A stretch of DNA of 64,000 nucleotides, from the NCBI GenBank assembly GCA_030141605.1, contig JAQGDQ010000009.1:124001-188000 (forward strand). The letters run 5' to 3'. The position numbers and the translations under genes were made by a program. A model generated the notes under the pieces. It was given only the letters and a program-made list of their open reading frames with translations, ran no database searches and was not told the origin of the DNA. The stretch comes from Tubiluchus corallicola. Lineage: Eukaryota; Animalia; Priapulida. Positions 11,777 to 25,904 of this stretch are shown here, piece by piece. The stretch's first letter is position 1. The number at the start of each line of letters is the position of its first letter.

Positions 11777-14700
11777 CTGAAAAACACATACATTTTATTA
11801 GCAAGAATAAGCCACAACATACACTTAGAAATATCTTTTCGTATGTGGATGGCTTCGAAAAAGTGAATTTAACAATGAGAGTGATCGAACTGATTTTTAA
11901 CTGCACCTGATTCAGTACTAGATCTAATAGTGACACTGCGTTAAGTACTAGGCCTAATAGTGACACCTGATTCAGTACTAGGCCTATTAGTGACATCTGA
12001 TTTAGTACTAGGCTTATTAGTGACACCTGATTTAGTACTGCGTAAAATAGTGACACATGAGTTAGTACTAGGCCTAATAGATATACCTGATTCGGTACTA
12101 AGCCTGTTAGTGACACCTGATTCAGCACTAGGCCTAATAGTGACACACGATTCAGTACTAGGCCTAATAGAGATACCTGATTCAATACAGCTCTAATAGT
12201 GACACATGATTCAGTACTAGGCCTAATAGAGTAGATACCTGATTCAGTACAGGGCTAATAGTGATACCTGTTTCAGTGCTAAAACTAATAGTGACACCGA
12301 TTCAGCACTAAGCCTAATAGTGAAAAATGCTATTGCTGTTAGCTCTACTTACACAGGTGAATCAAAACCTGTTACTTATGCAGACATCTTTTAATTCATT
12401 TAACGATTTTTATGGCATAACAAATACCAAGTCCTAATCTAACATTCCACGGGCGTGGCCTTTTCAGTGGCCTCTATAACCATATGTACGTGGCAAGATC
12501 AGAGCTTGGCATTTTTGTAAATGGTAAACTTTTAAGTCTTTAAGATGAGCTACTAAACCAGCAAAGGCGTTTTAACTGCATTCGAATGTAGATACATGTT
12601 ATGAGGTAAATGGCCAGAATGCGAACGAAATTCCCAGATTGAGTATCGAACTCAAGCTTTCTGGAACCTTTCACATGAGAGCTTACAGAAAATGTTAATA
12701 AGGAGATTCGTTTCGGGTATGCAACGTGTCATATTTGAACGAGAGCTGTGTTAAAATTCATCGCAATGATTTCTTAAATTCCATCGCTATCAATTCAATG
12801 TTAGTATGAGTTGTGCAGAAATTGCAACTACTGTAAAATGTAGAGCAATACGAAAAGAACAATTTCAGCAACTACCCGCTATCAGAAATAGTCTTGAAAT
12901 AAAACAACATAGAACTTACAGATTTAACACATGTTTGCTTACAACGCAGTGTCAGTATTTTGAAATAAACAGTAGTTATGGCCATGCCTCAAATTAACAA
13001 ATTCTTCATACCATTTTAATCGGGCTCCAATAACAATAATCCTATGGATATTGTATTGTTGGTGTTTTTCGAGCTTATGTGACTACTCGGCCGTGTGCTC
13101 CGAACAATGAGTTGATTAATACTGGCAGCATTTCTGAATAAGTAACTTTTTCATAAATGAAAAACGACGCAGTTTGATTTATGAAAACTTTACATAGGAC
13201 ACTTTTTATTATCACTAATCAATGCCTATTTTATAAATAATTCTGTGATGCGACGGGTTCCTTTCTATTTAATCAATTCCTTTCAATTTAATATAATTCG
13301 CAACGTTTTGTGAATGTTTCTTTATAATTGTGTTACATAGGCAGTCTTAAAAAGGAAAAACGAATTTTAACTTTGTTTAGTTGACATTACGCTTACCTGT
13401 TTAAAAAAACTTGTATAATTGGAAGATTTAATTTTTAATAACTTAAAATGTTCGTGCCACTTGGTAAAACAGCACTCTCTCACCATCCCAGTGTGCACCA
13501 GTCACCAAAAGCACATTATTGATGTTAGTGATAACATAAAGGAATTTAAATTTCTGCTTAGTTAGTAAAGAATGTGCTACGAATGCTCTGTTTACTTTTT
13601 CAAACTTTACGAAGCATTATCTGAAATTTTTCAAACGACCTATCGCCAAAATTGCCTGCGCCTAATGGTCACGGAGCTTTAAATTTATAAGTTTTATACA
13701 GCGTTATTGCTAACGCATGCTCTGTATTCAATAAGATAGCAAATAGGTGATACAAAATTTTAAGACAATTTTTAAGCTTTATTTACGAAGAGTTTGGACA
13801 TTTTAACAGTAGCGTCCATTTTGACATTGGGTAAACAAGATATCATCGTTCAAGTGATACTGGTTTCTAATTATTCTGCCGTTGACTCATCAGTTGGATT
13901 ATTCCGTGTGACGCAAGTGATATAACATACTCAGGTAATAACCGCACGAAGCATGAAATGTCAAACACGAATTATACCCGACGGCTGTCCTATTTATGTC
14001 GAAGTCAAATGGTTAACCTTGCCTTGGTAAATTTTTGAAGGCTGAGTTTATTATCTTTTAGAGAGAGAAAAGGTTTTCATAACGTCAATATTCATTTTTT
14101 ACTCTCTAAAACAATTTAATTTAATATACCACAACAAAACTTTTATTAAAACACAGAGTTTTAGCTACACACTAGTAGGCATGCACGTGTAAAACGAGTG
14201 TTATATTTCAAATATCACAAATATGCAAAACTAAAATATTATGGCAAAAACAATGATGACTAGAGAAATAGTTGCACCATAAAAAGCAAGCTCTACGTCA
14301 GTAAACAAATTCTTGTGAATAATTAATAACGGAAGTTGTGTATTGATATAACATCATATGATGTTGAGAAAAATCTCGGCTTTGATTTTAAATTAAATTT
14401 GGAAACATTGCTGGATTTAAAGCAGATTTAAAGATAGGCTTTTTGTAATATTATTAGACGAATCATGGGATGAAAAATTTTGCTTAAGCAAAACGGAAAA
14501 TATGATTAGTTTCTCTAACATGCTTCGACAAAGTTTCCATTAGCTTTGAATCAAAATCAATATACGTTGCTTCTATTAGGCATGTCAATCAGTCGCTTGT
14601 TTTGTTTACGATTTTTACCTTTCATAGAGCAACTGTTTTTACATAGGTAGTTATTGTGACTTTGTCATCATGTTTTTTTCTACATATTTGTAAAATTGTC

Positions 14701-17700
14701 CGAGATCTTAACTATTTTGCTACCATACTGATCGACGATAAAATGACAATAGTGAATGGCCGAGACGTTGTGTCTTCTGCTCATTGAAACAAGCCTAACT
14801 TCCTAAAGATTTTTAAACAGAACCAAAAGCCCAGCGAATGCGAATGGCGTCGAATGATAACTTTGAATCAAAGATTGAGATCCTACGCCTAATTGCAATG
14901 GTCATGTCACTTAGAGTAATTATGATTATTAATTGTAAGCAAATTCATTTCAGATTCGGACTGTTCTTATTTCGCCGGTTCAAATTTCAAGCCGCCATTT
15001 GCATCTTTTGTTTTATTTCGTTTTTCATTGTCGCCAACAGCAGAGTAGATTATGCTTTGTGGCCGTGACAGTTGCACATATTTTACATACAACACCACTA
15101 CGCACGAAGCAACCATAAAGTTAATTGCAGTCTGTGGTGCTCTGGATTCTTATTACGACGGACTAACTGCATTACGTCCTCGTTCAGACTCATTTAGTTT
15201 TCCTATAATGAAAGTGTCAAACGAAATATTATTGATGTTAGTAAATTAGATAGGCCTAATTTACGAGTGGTACCGCAGTTGAAGGTGGCACCAAAACAGG
15301 CAATTTTAAACATTAATAGCCTGTTCATATTAAAGTCTGTTTACACGTTCAGGCTGTTACCGTGTTACGAGCGCCACCGTCGCTGCACTTGAAGACGGCA
15401 CCAATAATAAATAATTTTGAATCATACGTTTTCACACACTCGAGTGAAATAAATACGTTCATTTACAGATGTCGTGCTTTTGTTTAGGACCATGAACAGC
15501 AAGCAATCTCTGCAACGGAAAAGACGCAGACGATTTTATTGACTTGCGTGCCTAGTTGTACTTATAGGAAAAACTAACCCTCGAACAACATTCTTTGTAT
15601 TTTAACACACGCTTAAAACCATTGAAATTACCACGTAATATAGGTTACGCGCATAGAAATGTCTTGTTTAAAAATGCAAAAGAAATTAAAATCATTCATA
15701 TACCCCGCCAAATGAACCTGGCAGTGGACATCTGAAAAAATGACCTAAATTGGTGAAACATGCAGCACGAAGGCGCGTATAACAAAGCTTTTGCAGTTCA
15801 CTCAGACATTCTGCTATTCTAGCTGACTAAGTCCTTGTGTTTAACTGTGTTTATGCAAAAATTGATCGACGGATCGATATGCAATAACCTCAAAGTGCGA
15901 TTTGCTTAGCTTCAATCAACAGGGTTATCTCAAAATGCGTAGGTACTACACAATGTAATTGCAAATAAGTATGGAATTTTGAGAGCATATAGCAGGTTCC
16001 GGGCGGTTTATTTAGCTTATATTATTGAGTCCAGTTTTAGCTGGTTAAAATAATGAGTCTGTTCCTTTGTCGGCGTTAACTAGTCCAGTTGGAGGTTATT
16101 ATGTTGAGTTGAACAGGGAACAGTGCATTATACAGTTCTATTCATAGGCACCACGCCAGCCAACCTACAGGTAATGTTATGACCTCCACTTTAAACTAAG
16201 AAGCCCATTGCAGTACCTGCGATTGGTTGAGCAGTGGTTTCCCGTGGAAAGAACGAACACGTGACATCGTCAGTTGTCTTTCTGGTTGTCGTGGAAGCAC
16301 TTCTCCTGTCTGCCTGCCGAGTGTCGTGGATTCCGTAAGGTTTGAAGCATTGTCATCAGGTTTTGTTTTTTTTCTATTGTGTGTTCTTCTCAGCCGTCCC
16401 TGTTGAATTCTAAGTTTTGGTTTTGTTGTTTCTTTTTTTTTTAATTTCTGGAGTGCCCGTTATGCAGCGCTTACCCGCATCGCCGATGGCTATCTACCGG
16501 GTCGAACCCCGGAACAATATTATTATGGTTAACTGGTTTTCATTACACAGTGGGCAACGGGATTCATCAAAAAGCAAAAAATTGCATTAATAATCGTTAA
16601 GCTTTGCATAGTTTGTAGCTGATGATAGTAACCGTAGCTGCAAAAGGAGTTCGCTCAAGAACCTGTAGGGATAAGTGTTTATACCGCACAGTAACCGGAT
16701 GATGTCATCTTTCGTTCAAAATGAGCGCGATCAAGCTTAAAGTTCACTCGTACATTTTTATGTTTATTCATTTTTCAGCGTTTTGTTTATTATTCGTCAC
16801 CTAACAAAGTCTCCCATTCACTTCAATTTTAAATTACCTCAGGGAATACTTTTCAAATTAAAAAAAAGATAACGACAATATTGGGTTCTATAAAATATTC
16901 ATACACTCATTTGTTTAATTTATCAATTTTGAAAGGTGTGGTACACAGTACCCACTGAACTGAAACAAGCAAAGATGACAGTGTCAGAGATATTTGGTTA
17001 AAATGGTTTGAGAATTATTTGTAAAATAGATAACAATATGTTAATTATAACAATGCTACATCTGAAAAACTTGATATTTCAGGCATCCGTCAGGGGTCCA
17101 TTTTGGGACCGCTGTTGTTTTTAGTATAGATAAATGACTTGCCAAATGTCATCAAAAAACTTTTTATGATGCTTGCAAATGACACCAGTATAATATTGTC
17201 TCATAAGTGTATTGAAACTTTATGCAAAATTGTCGGTGAAGAAATGATAATTTGTCTAACTGGTTCAGAGCTACAAACTTTCGTCAAATTTTATCATTTT
17301 TACAGCAAAAAAATAAAAATAATGTTAAAAATGATGTAAACATAGCACTGAGTGGACGTGTTATTGAACAAGTTGATAAAAGAAAGTTTCTCAGAGTAAT
17401 AGTTGATGAATAATTATTGTGGAAGCAACATGTAGATTATACTTGTTCCAAACTTAGCAAGGCTGAAAGAATTATAAAGAAAGCACGTAGAATTCTGAAA
17501 AGAGGTAATTTAGTAAAGTTGTATTGTACTTTTGCCTACCCATATTTTGAATATTGCAATATTGTATAGGGTTATGCATATGCTTCTACTTTGGACATGT
17601 TAAACAAACTACAAACAAAGTTAACTAGACTCATTCGGATTACAGAGCTCATAGAAATATTTTACTGAAGCAGTTTAACATTTTATAGGTTAATGATATT

Positions 17701-20700
17701 GTATGAATGAAAGTTTCCTGCTTTATTCACAAACATTTAATGGTATGCTTCCTAATATTTTTGGTAGTTTATTTACTCTGGTTATCGGGGCCGTGTTTTG
17801 TGGAACAACTTCTCTTGTGATGTGAAAAGAAGTAACTCACACTCGTGTTTTAAAAAGAAAATGAGAATTATATTATATTTTATAATGCTAAATAATTTTC
17901 ATTGTATGCAATCATTGGAACGTTTTTCATTTATTTTAGTGAATTTGGCCTTATAAGTTCAGTGACTTCTTGGCCAGCCATAATATCATGAAAACGGTGC
18001 AAAGTATTTTATTTATCAGAACTGTATTTTTAATGTAAATTTTATTATTTACTAATAAATTCATTTTCCTTTTATTTTTATTTATATTTATTAATGTAAA
18101 TTCTGTATCATATGTATGAAAGTAATGTTTTTGTAGCAATCAACTCAAACTTGGACTTTTATTCGGGCGGAAACTTAGTGACCGTTATATGCGATAAAGC
18201 AAAGTGACGTTGGTTTTTATTTTTGCATACGCTAAATTTTTGTGCCCCTCAAATGAAGAAAATGGGGGAAAATAACCAATGTTTGTATGCAGAACATAAA
18301 CTGTCATCTACGTCAGGGATTTACATTAAGAATTAGGACCACTACGCTGCTTTTTATCTACGCAGTGACCACAAGGATACACCCTTGGACCACTGACATT
18401 CCTTATCTATTTTAGTGACCTATCTTTTATTAATGATTTTAATACAAATGTTTTTACTAATATCTAGCTTGTTCTTTACGTCATTTAAATTATTCCCATT
18501 GAAATGTCCTACTAACAGCGAGCTAAAAAGACTTATGATTGGATGAAAACAAGAAATTTCCAGTAACATTAATCAACAGCAAGCTTTCACAGCAGGATCT
18601 TTCTGATTTTGTTCTTAAAATGCACTGAATTCACATTATCATAGGCAATAGAATTAATTCGGAATCGAGGCTCTGGTATGGTAACAGGTATTTTTCAGGT
18701 GGTGCGTGGTCTTCAAAACCTCGTTTCAAATACAGCCAGTTGTCGACTTGTGATCACATTCGGTTTCGACTAATTTTTGGGCCCCTTTGTTGGCTACTTG
18801 TCGTTACAACTTCGTTTTCACTAAGTCTTTCTCCTGGACCTTGGCGATTTGCTACCAAAGGTGCTGATTGAACAAATAATCAATCACCCAGCTGCTTATA
18901 CTTGGTTGCGCAGTTGTTCAGTCAGTTAGTTGGCTAAACGGCTGGTTTGACAGTAAGATTGTTGATTGATTGATTAAGTGAATGAAGAACAGACTAACTT
19001 ACTAATTAATACTTTCAAGCAGTAACGTTTGAGGCGCTCACAAGTCAAAATTCATAACCATTTTTCTTCGTATGTGACCTACAAAGCGTTTACTTGCATG
19101 CATAATGTCTTCTGTTAAAAATAAACTCAAAATCATAGTACAACATTTTCACATTTGCTTAGATTGTTGTAATTGCTCATCTGTTAAAAGCCTCAGCAAA
19201 GTGAAAGAAACAATAATTATCACTTTAAAAACTAATAATTTTGTCAATATTCATTCATTCAGTCAGTCAGTCAGTCAGTCAGTTAATCATTCATTCATTA
19301 TTTCATTCATCCTGTCATTCATTTGTTCATGCATTCATTCATTATTTGTCAACGGATAAGCTTTGGAACACACCGTACTACCGTCAGTTATTCGTCCTAA
19401 GTGGAGTTTTTTCATTTAAATTCATCAATCATTTTTTGAATATCAGCCAATGACGTCTTTATAAGTGCATTATAAATCATTTATGAAAACTAAAGTAATT
19501 AAATGAGTGAATGTTCCAAATTGATATAATCATAGCAAAAGCAATTTATGAATATTCAAATTGCTTATTAATATTCATAAATCATTTATTAAATGTTTGA
19601 GGTAAACACTTGTATATTCATAATTGAGTATACTTAAAATAAAACAGAATGATTTTCCATATCTTATTGCGAAATTAGTCTTCTGTTGTAAAAAATAGTA
19701 TGTTCAACAAGATATTAGGTCGGTTTTTCTTTAACTTGCACGTTGTAGTGCTGCGTTTATCATAGGTTAAAAGCAAATTCATTGCTACCTGACTTTGAAC
19801 TTGAGGAAAAACATATCTTTGCAGTCAACTAAAATTTATGTATATGATTATATTGTGAATGACTATGGCACTCACATGATTTAACCGCGACACGTGAATT
19901 GATCTTCGCTCGTGGTTTTTAGAGCGTGACATCATTGTCACGCAACAGAGCAAGAAGACAGGGTAACAAAGCATAAAACAACAAGATAGCCACCTAATTC
20001 AGTGCAGCATCAGTATGAACTAATTTATCTCACACAACGCAAAACAAGACAGTGGAAATTTGCAAAACCAAATTCGAACCCAAAAGGCAAAAGAAGAAAA
20101 GCATATAAAACACACTTGCAACAAACTTATTACATACTACGTGTAAAATAATATCATTATAATCTAAAATAATTTAACCCCCCTAACACCCTATGTACTA
20201 TACCGCTTCCGGCCCGGCAGTTGTTTACCAATTGTTTGCCGTCTTTAATGAATCTTTCTTTTCATTATTGTGTTAAAAATAGCTAGGAACTCATATAAAA
20301 GTGCAACTTAAACAGTAACAGTACTTGTGCTAAAATGCATGAAACAGCATCAAAAGTTTGTGATCGCACAGATTAGAGATCACTAATCAACGAGTAACGA
20401 GAAATCAGTGGCTATGGATAATTTGTAAATGTCACTTGATTGGCATCTCAGTCGTTGTTGGTGAACTTCGTTCTACTGCGCAACTAAGCTGAACCTAAAA
20501 ATATCTGTTATTGTAGGTGGCTCTACTGATTCACCGACACTAAAATTGTTATTCGTGTTTTGTGTTACCTGACATGTTTTGTATTTATACACTACCATAC
20601 TTCCACACAAACAAGCTTATTGGTTTACCTGATATGTTTACTTTGTGGCTGCTTTTCATTTAGCAAAGTACATGTGGTCATTTTTGTAGTTTAATTGTAT

Positions 20701-23700
20701 CTCGCAGACAGATAAAAAGTATTTTTACTTTTTACAATTTTTCTATTTCTATTATTCATTTTTCTATTTCTACTAGTTAATTCTTGCAGACTAAATTTTT
20801 TGTAAAATATTCTTTTCTGTAAACTATTCTCTGCATATTTTCTATTTTCTGTAAATTATGCAGGGGTTTTTTGGAAAAAATACTTTGACTTGTTTGCTTA
20901 AGTTTATAAGAATTCGGAAAGATGATAATCTAATTATTTGAAGTTTTTGCTTACTACTGTTAAAATCATACAAATGTTATTAATAATAAACGAACATCGT
21001 AACTTGACTAATTAAATATACAAAAAGTTAGTCACAGTTATGCAATCTCCAATTTTACAAATCCAATCCAAAAGACGATTACCTTAACTTAAACTAACAA
21101 TGAAACTAAAATAATCACTAATAGGTTAAAGGTTATCATTGACAAACTGGCTCACTGTCTGACTGACTGGTTGGCTGATTAACAAATTGTCTGGCTGGCT
21201 GGCAAGCCGACTGACTGGCTGCCTGGCACTCTAACAAACTAAGTGAATGCTGACCTCACCCCTCAGTTACTCACCTCCTCACACCCCCATCATTCGCTTG
21301 TTTAGTTAAGTAGCAAGAGTTTAGTTATAATGTTATTTTCAATTTGAGTAAAGGGCAAGAAAGGAGTACCTGAAGTAGATTTCAGAAAAATCGCCTACAG
21401 CAATTTTATGCACATATCGTACCCGCGTTAAAAAGAATTTTTATTTGCTTTCATTTTAGATCTCCCGCAATACTGTTCCGACGGCGACATTACATGACGT
21501 CACCTACACAAACGTAAATCAAGGGAAGAAAAGGCAATGTTAAATTATATGCCAAAAAACTTACAATGCAAATCTATATTACTTAGCATTTCGCTTACCT
21601 GCTAGAAAGACTTATGTAACTAGAAATAATAATTTAAAATGTTTGTGTCATCGGTAAAATGTCGCCCCAGGGTGCGCCACTCACTAATCAAAAACGTATT
21701 TTTAATCTCATTGACAAGATGCAGTAATTTAAGATTTTACTTAGTTAGGTACATGTGTGTTACGAATGCTCTGATTACTTTTTCAAACTTCACGTAATGT
21801 TTCTAAACTTGTTTCAAACAGCCTACCATCAAAATGGCTGCGCCTAACGTTCATCGCGGGAGTTTAAATTACAAGTTTTATACAGCGTTACTGACGACTC
21901 AAGCCCTCCATGCAAAAAGGCAGTATGTAAGTGGTATAAAATTTCAAGACGAATTTTAGAACTTTATGTAAGTGGAGGATGTTCTTATGTTTGTTCAGGG
22001 TCAGCACAACTGCGCTGCCATCTTGTGATGTCAGCACTAATCAGACAAAAACGAACGTGTGACTTACTTCTAAGTTTTCACAATAATTACATTTATACAA
22101 GAATCTTAATAAAATATAGAAGTTAATGAAGAGAATTGCACGTGTTTACGAAAGTGAAAAGTAAAGTAGTGCTACTGTACAACATTGAGTGTGACAAACT
22201 CGGCAAAATTCAAATTTCAAGTTTATCGCTGTGCTCACGCATGAGTTTTCGTGAGAGGTACAGCAACTGTTTTTTGCGTAATGCGTTTCCAAGATGAAGG
22301 TGCTACTGCTCATCTAACTAGCGAATGCACGTAATAGCGAGGAACTAGCCGCGCGAACCACTTTGGGGTAACAAATCTTTCCCGTAAGTCATTGAAAAAA
22401 TAGTATGTTCCCTTTCGAAGGGAGTACGGTTTTTCTTTAAGACAAAAGCCTTCAAGTGCGCTGATAAACACGAATTTTTAAGAATTTTTAATCAGTTTAA
22501 GTAGAGAACCATAAAAAAGCATTTTGTGCACAAGCTGCAGCAAAATTAAACAAGTACACTTATCATTAATACAGGCACAGTTCATATATTGCCTTGTAAC
22601 AATAATTTATCCATTCCGCTAACTATCATGAGCCAGATATACGCTCCTAACAGCGTATCAATACAACAGTATGAATCATTGCCAACCCAGGTACGTCTTT
22701 TATCGCACACTTTTTAAGTTTTGCAAAAAAGAGTGTAGATTCCCATAACTAAGGCCGAAGGTTTTACCTTAACTTTCTTCTACTTGACTACTGCAGTGCT
22801 ATAGCTTGTATGTCAGCTTGCACATACACTAGGCTTAAAGGAAAAACCAAGTCTTCTGGAAGTTAAGTTTATGTCAATGTTCGCGAAAAATGTTATAAGG
22901 ATTTAGTAAAAAAAACATGATAAGCGCTTCGTCGCCTACGTCAAATTTTATGACATTTTTGGGGAAACACTTGATATGCTGCAGAAGTTTGAATTAGTTT
23001 AAGCAGCACGCACTTACGGAAAGCCATGTGACTTGTCTTTTTGCTTAGTCAACGAATTTTAAGCCTACTTAGAAAATGTTACACTGGGCGATTATTACCC
23101 GAATCAGCTCAAAACTTATTCACATCATATTATCTTTCACATTACTTTTTACACGTTTGAAATGCTTTCGCAAATTCAGTATGTGTCCAGAAAATGTTAA
23201 GATTGAATTTTGTTAAAACCTGCTAATTACTGGCGGAACACTAATTTTTATTGCTTTGCTCTAAAAAAGTATATATTGTTATATAAATAGGTGGCGTATT
23301 GGTCTTAATAACAGCATGAGTAAATTGTCTGACTTGCGAATTGGTTTGCTTGTATACTGCATTACAAACGTGCTGCCGTGGAAGGTTACGCAGGTTAACC
23401 TATTGTCTTTTGAAAATTCATAATTTAATAAACTGAAATTTGTATGTCGAAACTGTCTTTAGAAAATGAAACGATATATTACGCCATTATAAACATTATT
23501 GTAAATTTTATTATATACATGTATAAGCTTTATTTATTTTCAGTAGATTAGCGAGTAATATTACTGATATTACTGATCAAAGTATTTCCACTATACACAA
23601 CAAATATATTTTAGTTGAGTATATATATTATATACTCAATATGTGTATGTATGTGTATGTACTCTATATGTATATATATATATATGTATGTATATTGTAT

Positions 23701-24710
23701 ATATATACCACTAGTTAGTTCGAGAATATATTTTCATTTGCATTTAGTTCAAAAATAGTTCCATTAGTTAATTAATGCTTAATTGAAATGGCCATAGGTT
23801 CAACAATCTACTTTTAAAAGCAACCTGAGAAAGGAACGTCTATCTGTTTTCATTCTATTATAAAGTATCACTATGACAGCTGCATTACACGAGTCATAAT
23901 GAGCATCTATTTTACTGTATTTTACAGTTTTTTATGCATGTAAGCCTATCGTAAGTATGCTTTATGGACCTTTTGTTTGAAAGGAGCTTTGTACAAACAA
24001 ATCGTCTTCATCCATTCGTGCATCCGTAAATAAACTACATAAGCCGACCAGCTTTTGTTATCCGTCAATTCAGATTCGTTTTTTGATGTGGTATACCGTG
24101 GTTTTTATAACATATTGTGCTGGGCAGTGTTGTGCAGTGTTGTGCTGCGCTGTGCAGTGTTGTGGTGTGCTGTACTGTGCTGTGCTCTCCTGCGTTGTGC
24201 TGTACTGTGCTGTGCTCTCCTGCGTTGTGCTATGTTTTGTTGTGTTGCGTTGCAGTGTGCGAACTGCGTTGCGGTACGTTGTGTTAGGTTGTATTATCTA
24301 ATGCTGTGTTGCGCTGCATTTGATGAAAAAAAAGAAGCATAAGTTAGCGTCTTCTTCACTAACAAATTAATGAAACTATAATACTCACCTAATGTGGTCA
24401 CAATTGTAGTAACAAAGTAAAACGCCCCCGCATAATCCCACCTGCGTCTTTTATCCACAAGTCCTATAGCCGTGGCGTTACCAAATGCATGCAACAAAGC
24501 GTCTAAATCCGTTTTGTTAATATCAGGATACGTGTTCACGAAATTATCATAAGTTTGATAATATCTCTCCCTTCCCTCTTTCTCCGTCTCCTCTTCCAAA
24601 AAGTGAAACAATGTCGCCCCGCACATCATATACATGACCATGACTATAGCTAGCAGTATGAACCTTGCATTATCTTCTCTTATCGCAGCACAACAGCCTT
24701 TATTTGCCAT
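10833..24710 (-). CDS. KCNK13: two-pore-domain K+ channel, THIK subfamily (KCNK12/KCNK13-like), 421 aa; join(complement(24389..24710),complement(10833..11776))
   Basis: 322+944 nt = 1266 nt. Contains EDNARF before M1, P1 VTTLG|FGMTTP split by a phase-1 intron, P2 FATIGFGDF, four TM segments, WKPSVY, and C-terminal RRGSGEISMRDMLATNKVSLAVMQKQL, all THIK signatures. Probably co-orthologous to vertebrate KCNK12 and KCNK13. Confidence 0.93.
11903..12323. repeat. 30-bp minisatellite, about 14 copies
   Basis: Unit tgacacctgattcagtactaggcctaatag, about 125 nt upstream of the THIK exon 2 acceptor. Confidence 0.95.
13345..13790 (+). mobile_element. dispersed ~450-490 bp repeat, family A copy 1
   Basis: Shares tacgaatgctctg.ttactttttcaaactt and tttaaatt..aagttttatacagcgtta with copies at 21520, 41445, 43548 and 49436. 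Confidence 0.7.
15995..16516. mobile_element. candidate solo LTR
   Basis: GC-richer island bounded by ggttccggg / cccggaaca (8/9 inverted match); no TSD found. Confidence 0.3.
16820..17870 (+). mobile_element. decayed non-LTR retrotransposon (CR1/L2-like RT fragment)
   Basis: cag ggg tcc att ttg gga ccg ctg ttg ttt = QGSILGPLLF..INDLP at ~17091, followed by a degenerate ADDT motif and a YCNIV.G-type C-terminal motif; multiple stops and frameshifts. Confidence 0.8.
19248..19345. repeat. (TTCA)/(GTCA) tetranucleotide microsatellite
   Basis: Visible directly in the sequence. Confidence 0.85.
21520..21975 (+). mobile_element. dispersed repeat family A copy 2
   Basis: Collinear with the 13345 copy; starts aagggaagaaaagg and ends ttatgtaagt. 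Confidence 0.7.
22190..22416 (+). mobile_element. partial copy of the MITE at 36004
   Basis: gctgtgctcacgcatga...ggtacagca.ctgttttt...aactagcga...taagtcatt..aaaaatagtat.ttccc is shared with 36235-36490. Confidence 0.65.
22836..23040. mobile_element. partial Kolobok-like MITE (family B)
   Basis: ttaaaggaaaaaccaag..gttcgcgaaaa.tgtta.aaggat.tagta..taagcgc matches the sequence starting at 37096. Confidence 0.65.
24115..24320. repeat. degenerate pentanucleotide repeat (TGTGC/TGTTG)
   Basis: Visible directly; includes a 30-bp duplicated unit. Confidence 0.8.
24389..24710 (-). CDS. KCNK13: THIK channel exon 1 coding part
   Basis: MANKGCC...EDNARF...WDYAGAFYFVTTIVTTL G|gtgagt. Confidence 0.93.
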
Positions 24711-25904
24711 ACTTCCCCTTCACAGAAGCTTTAGGGGAAGCAGTTTTTCCACATGATTTTTCCTCGTCTACAAGCTAGTACAAAATAGATATGAAAACGG
24801 TTGCTGACCATCATTGCTTTTTCAAAACTTTTTTCTGACGTTACAATTATACACTCAAACGCAACTGCAAAAAATATTCCCACATGATAGTTCCAGCAGC
24901 AATATGTAATCTCATATCACGAAACACTTAAAAAGTAAATTATCACATTGCGTGATCAACTGTGACAAAATCAGCACAAATTAGTCCATATCGTGAAAGT
25001 TTGAGCTGGAAACGCTTGAGCACAAACATAGGCTATTACTGTTTTATGTTATTTTCATGTTATCATTTTTGTTACATAAAACTCAAATCCATTCAGTATA
25101 AAATAACGTTGACGGAACGACCTCAGACGGTGTTTTTACATCATAAAACTGATTAAGAAAAAGCGATTAATCCCCTGAACTTTTAATAATTACATTATAG
25201 ATGACATTAGGGCACAATAAACCACGCTAATGACGATACTGATTTAACACAACAAAAGAATCACGCAAATGTAAGACAAAATAATCTCTTATCGTCACGT
25301 ATATTGCAGAATTGATGCCTCGTGTCAGAAAGCGCTCAGGAGCATTCTACATTTTCAGTTATATTTCCGCAACGTGCGGTTTGCGCAGTCTCACGAGTCA
25401 TTATTATAAGCGTGCTTGCTTGTTTACTACTGCATAGATATTATTACGATGCTCTTAAAATGCCGTACCTGCATCTTACGGATGAAGGATATACAGCATC
25501 TGCGTTACCTAGGCAATGGCGTACCTGCGAAACCACAGACTAAACAAAAGCTGGCGCGAAGTCTTAAAAACGAGACGGAATTTAATCTGCACGCGTGAAA
25601 CGTCAAAATTCTAGGATGAAACGTCAGACTAAAAAATCATGCAGGTCAACGTATGTCGACTCACACGAGCTTGTTTGCCTTTAAACTTGTCGTTTTACGA
25701 AAGCTCTAAAGTGCAATAATTGAGAAAAGTGCATATGTCACTCCTTCGATGTACTGTGTTATCGTTACGGTCATCAAGTTTTAGTAACAAACTATGCCCT
25801 TTCTTCCACAAAGCTATGTTGTTCTTCTGACATATTATGTTGTTGTTATGATTTATTGTATTATTAATATAAATTTTTGTGGCTTTCTGTCCAAATAACT
25901 GCTT

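Noticed and set aside
11777-12185. N-terminal ~136 aa of the 450-aa ORF
   Set aside because: Intron and minisatellite; THIK homology starts at the 11776 acceptor and the true N-terminus is the 24710 exon
13862-13895. Hammerhead ribozyme core (CTGATGAG...GAAAC on minus strand; similar at ~47814)
   Set aside because: Stem II and flanking helices do not pair
20173-21130. piggyBac-like MITE starting TTAACCC
   Set aside because: No convincing matching right TIR
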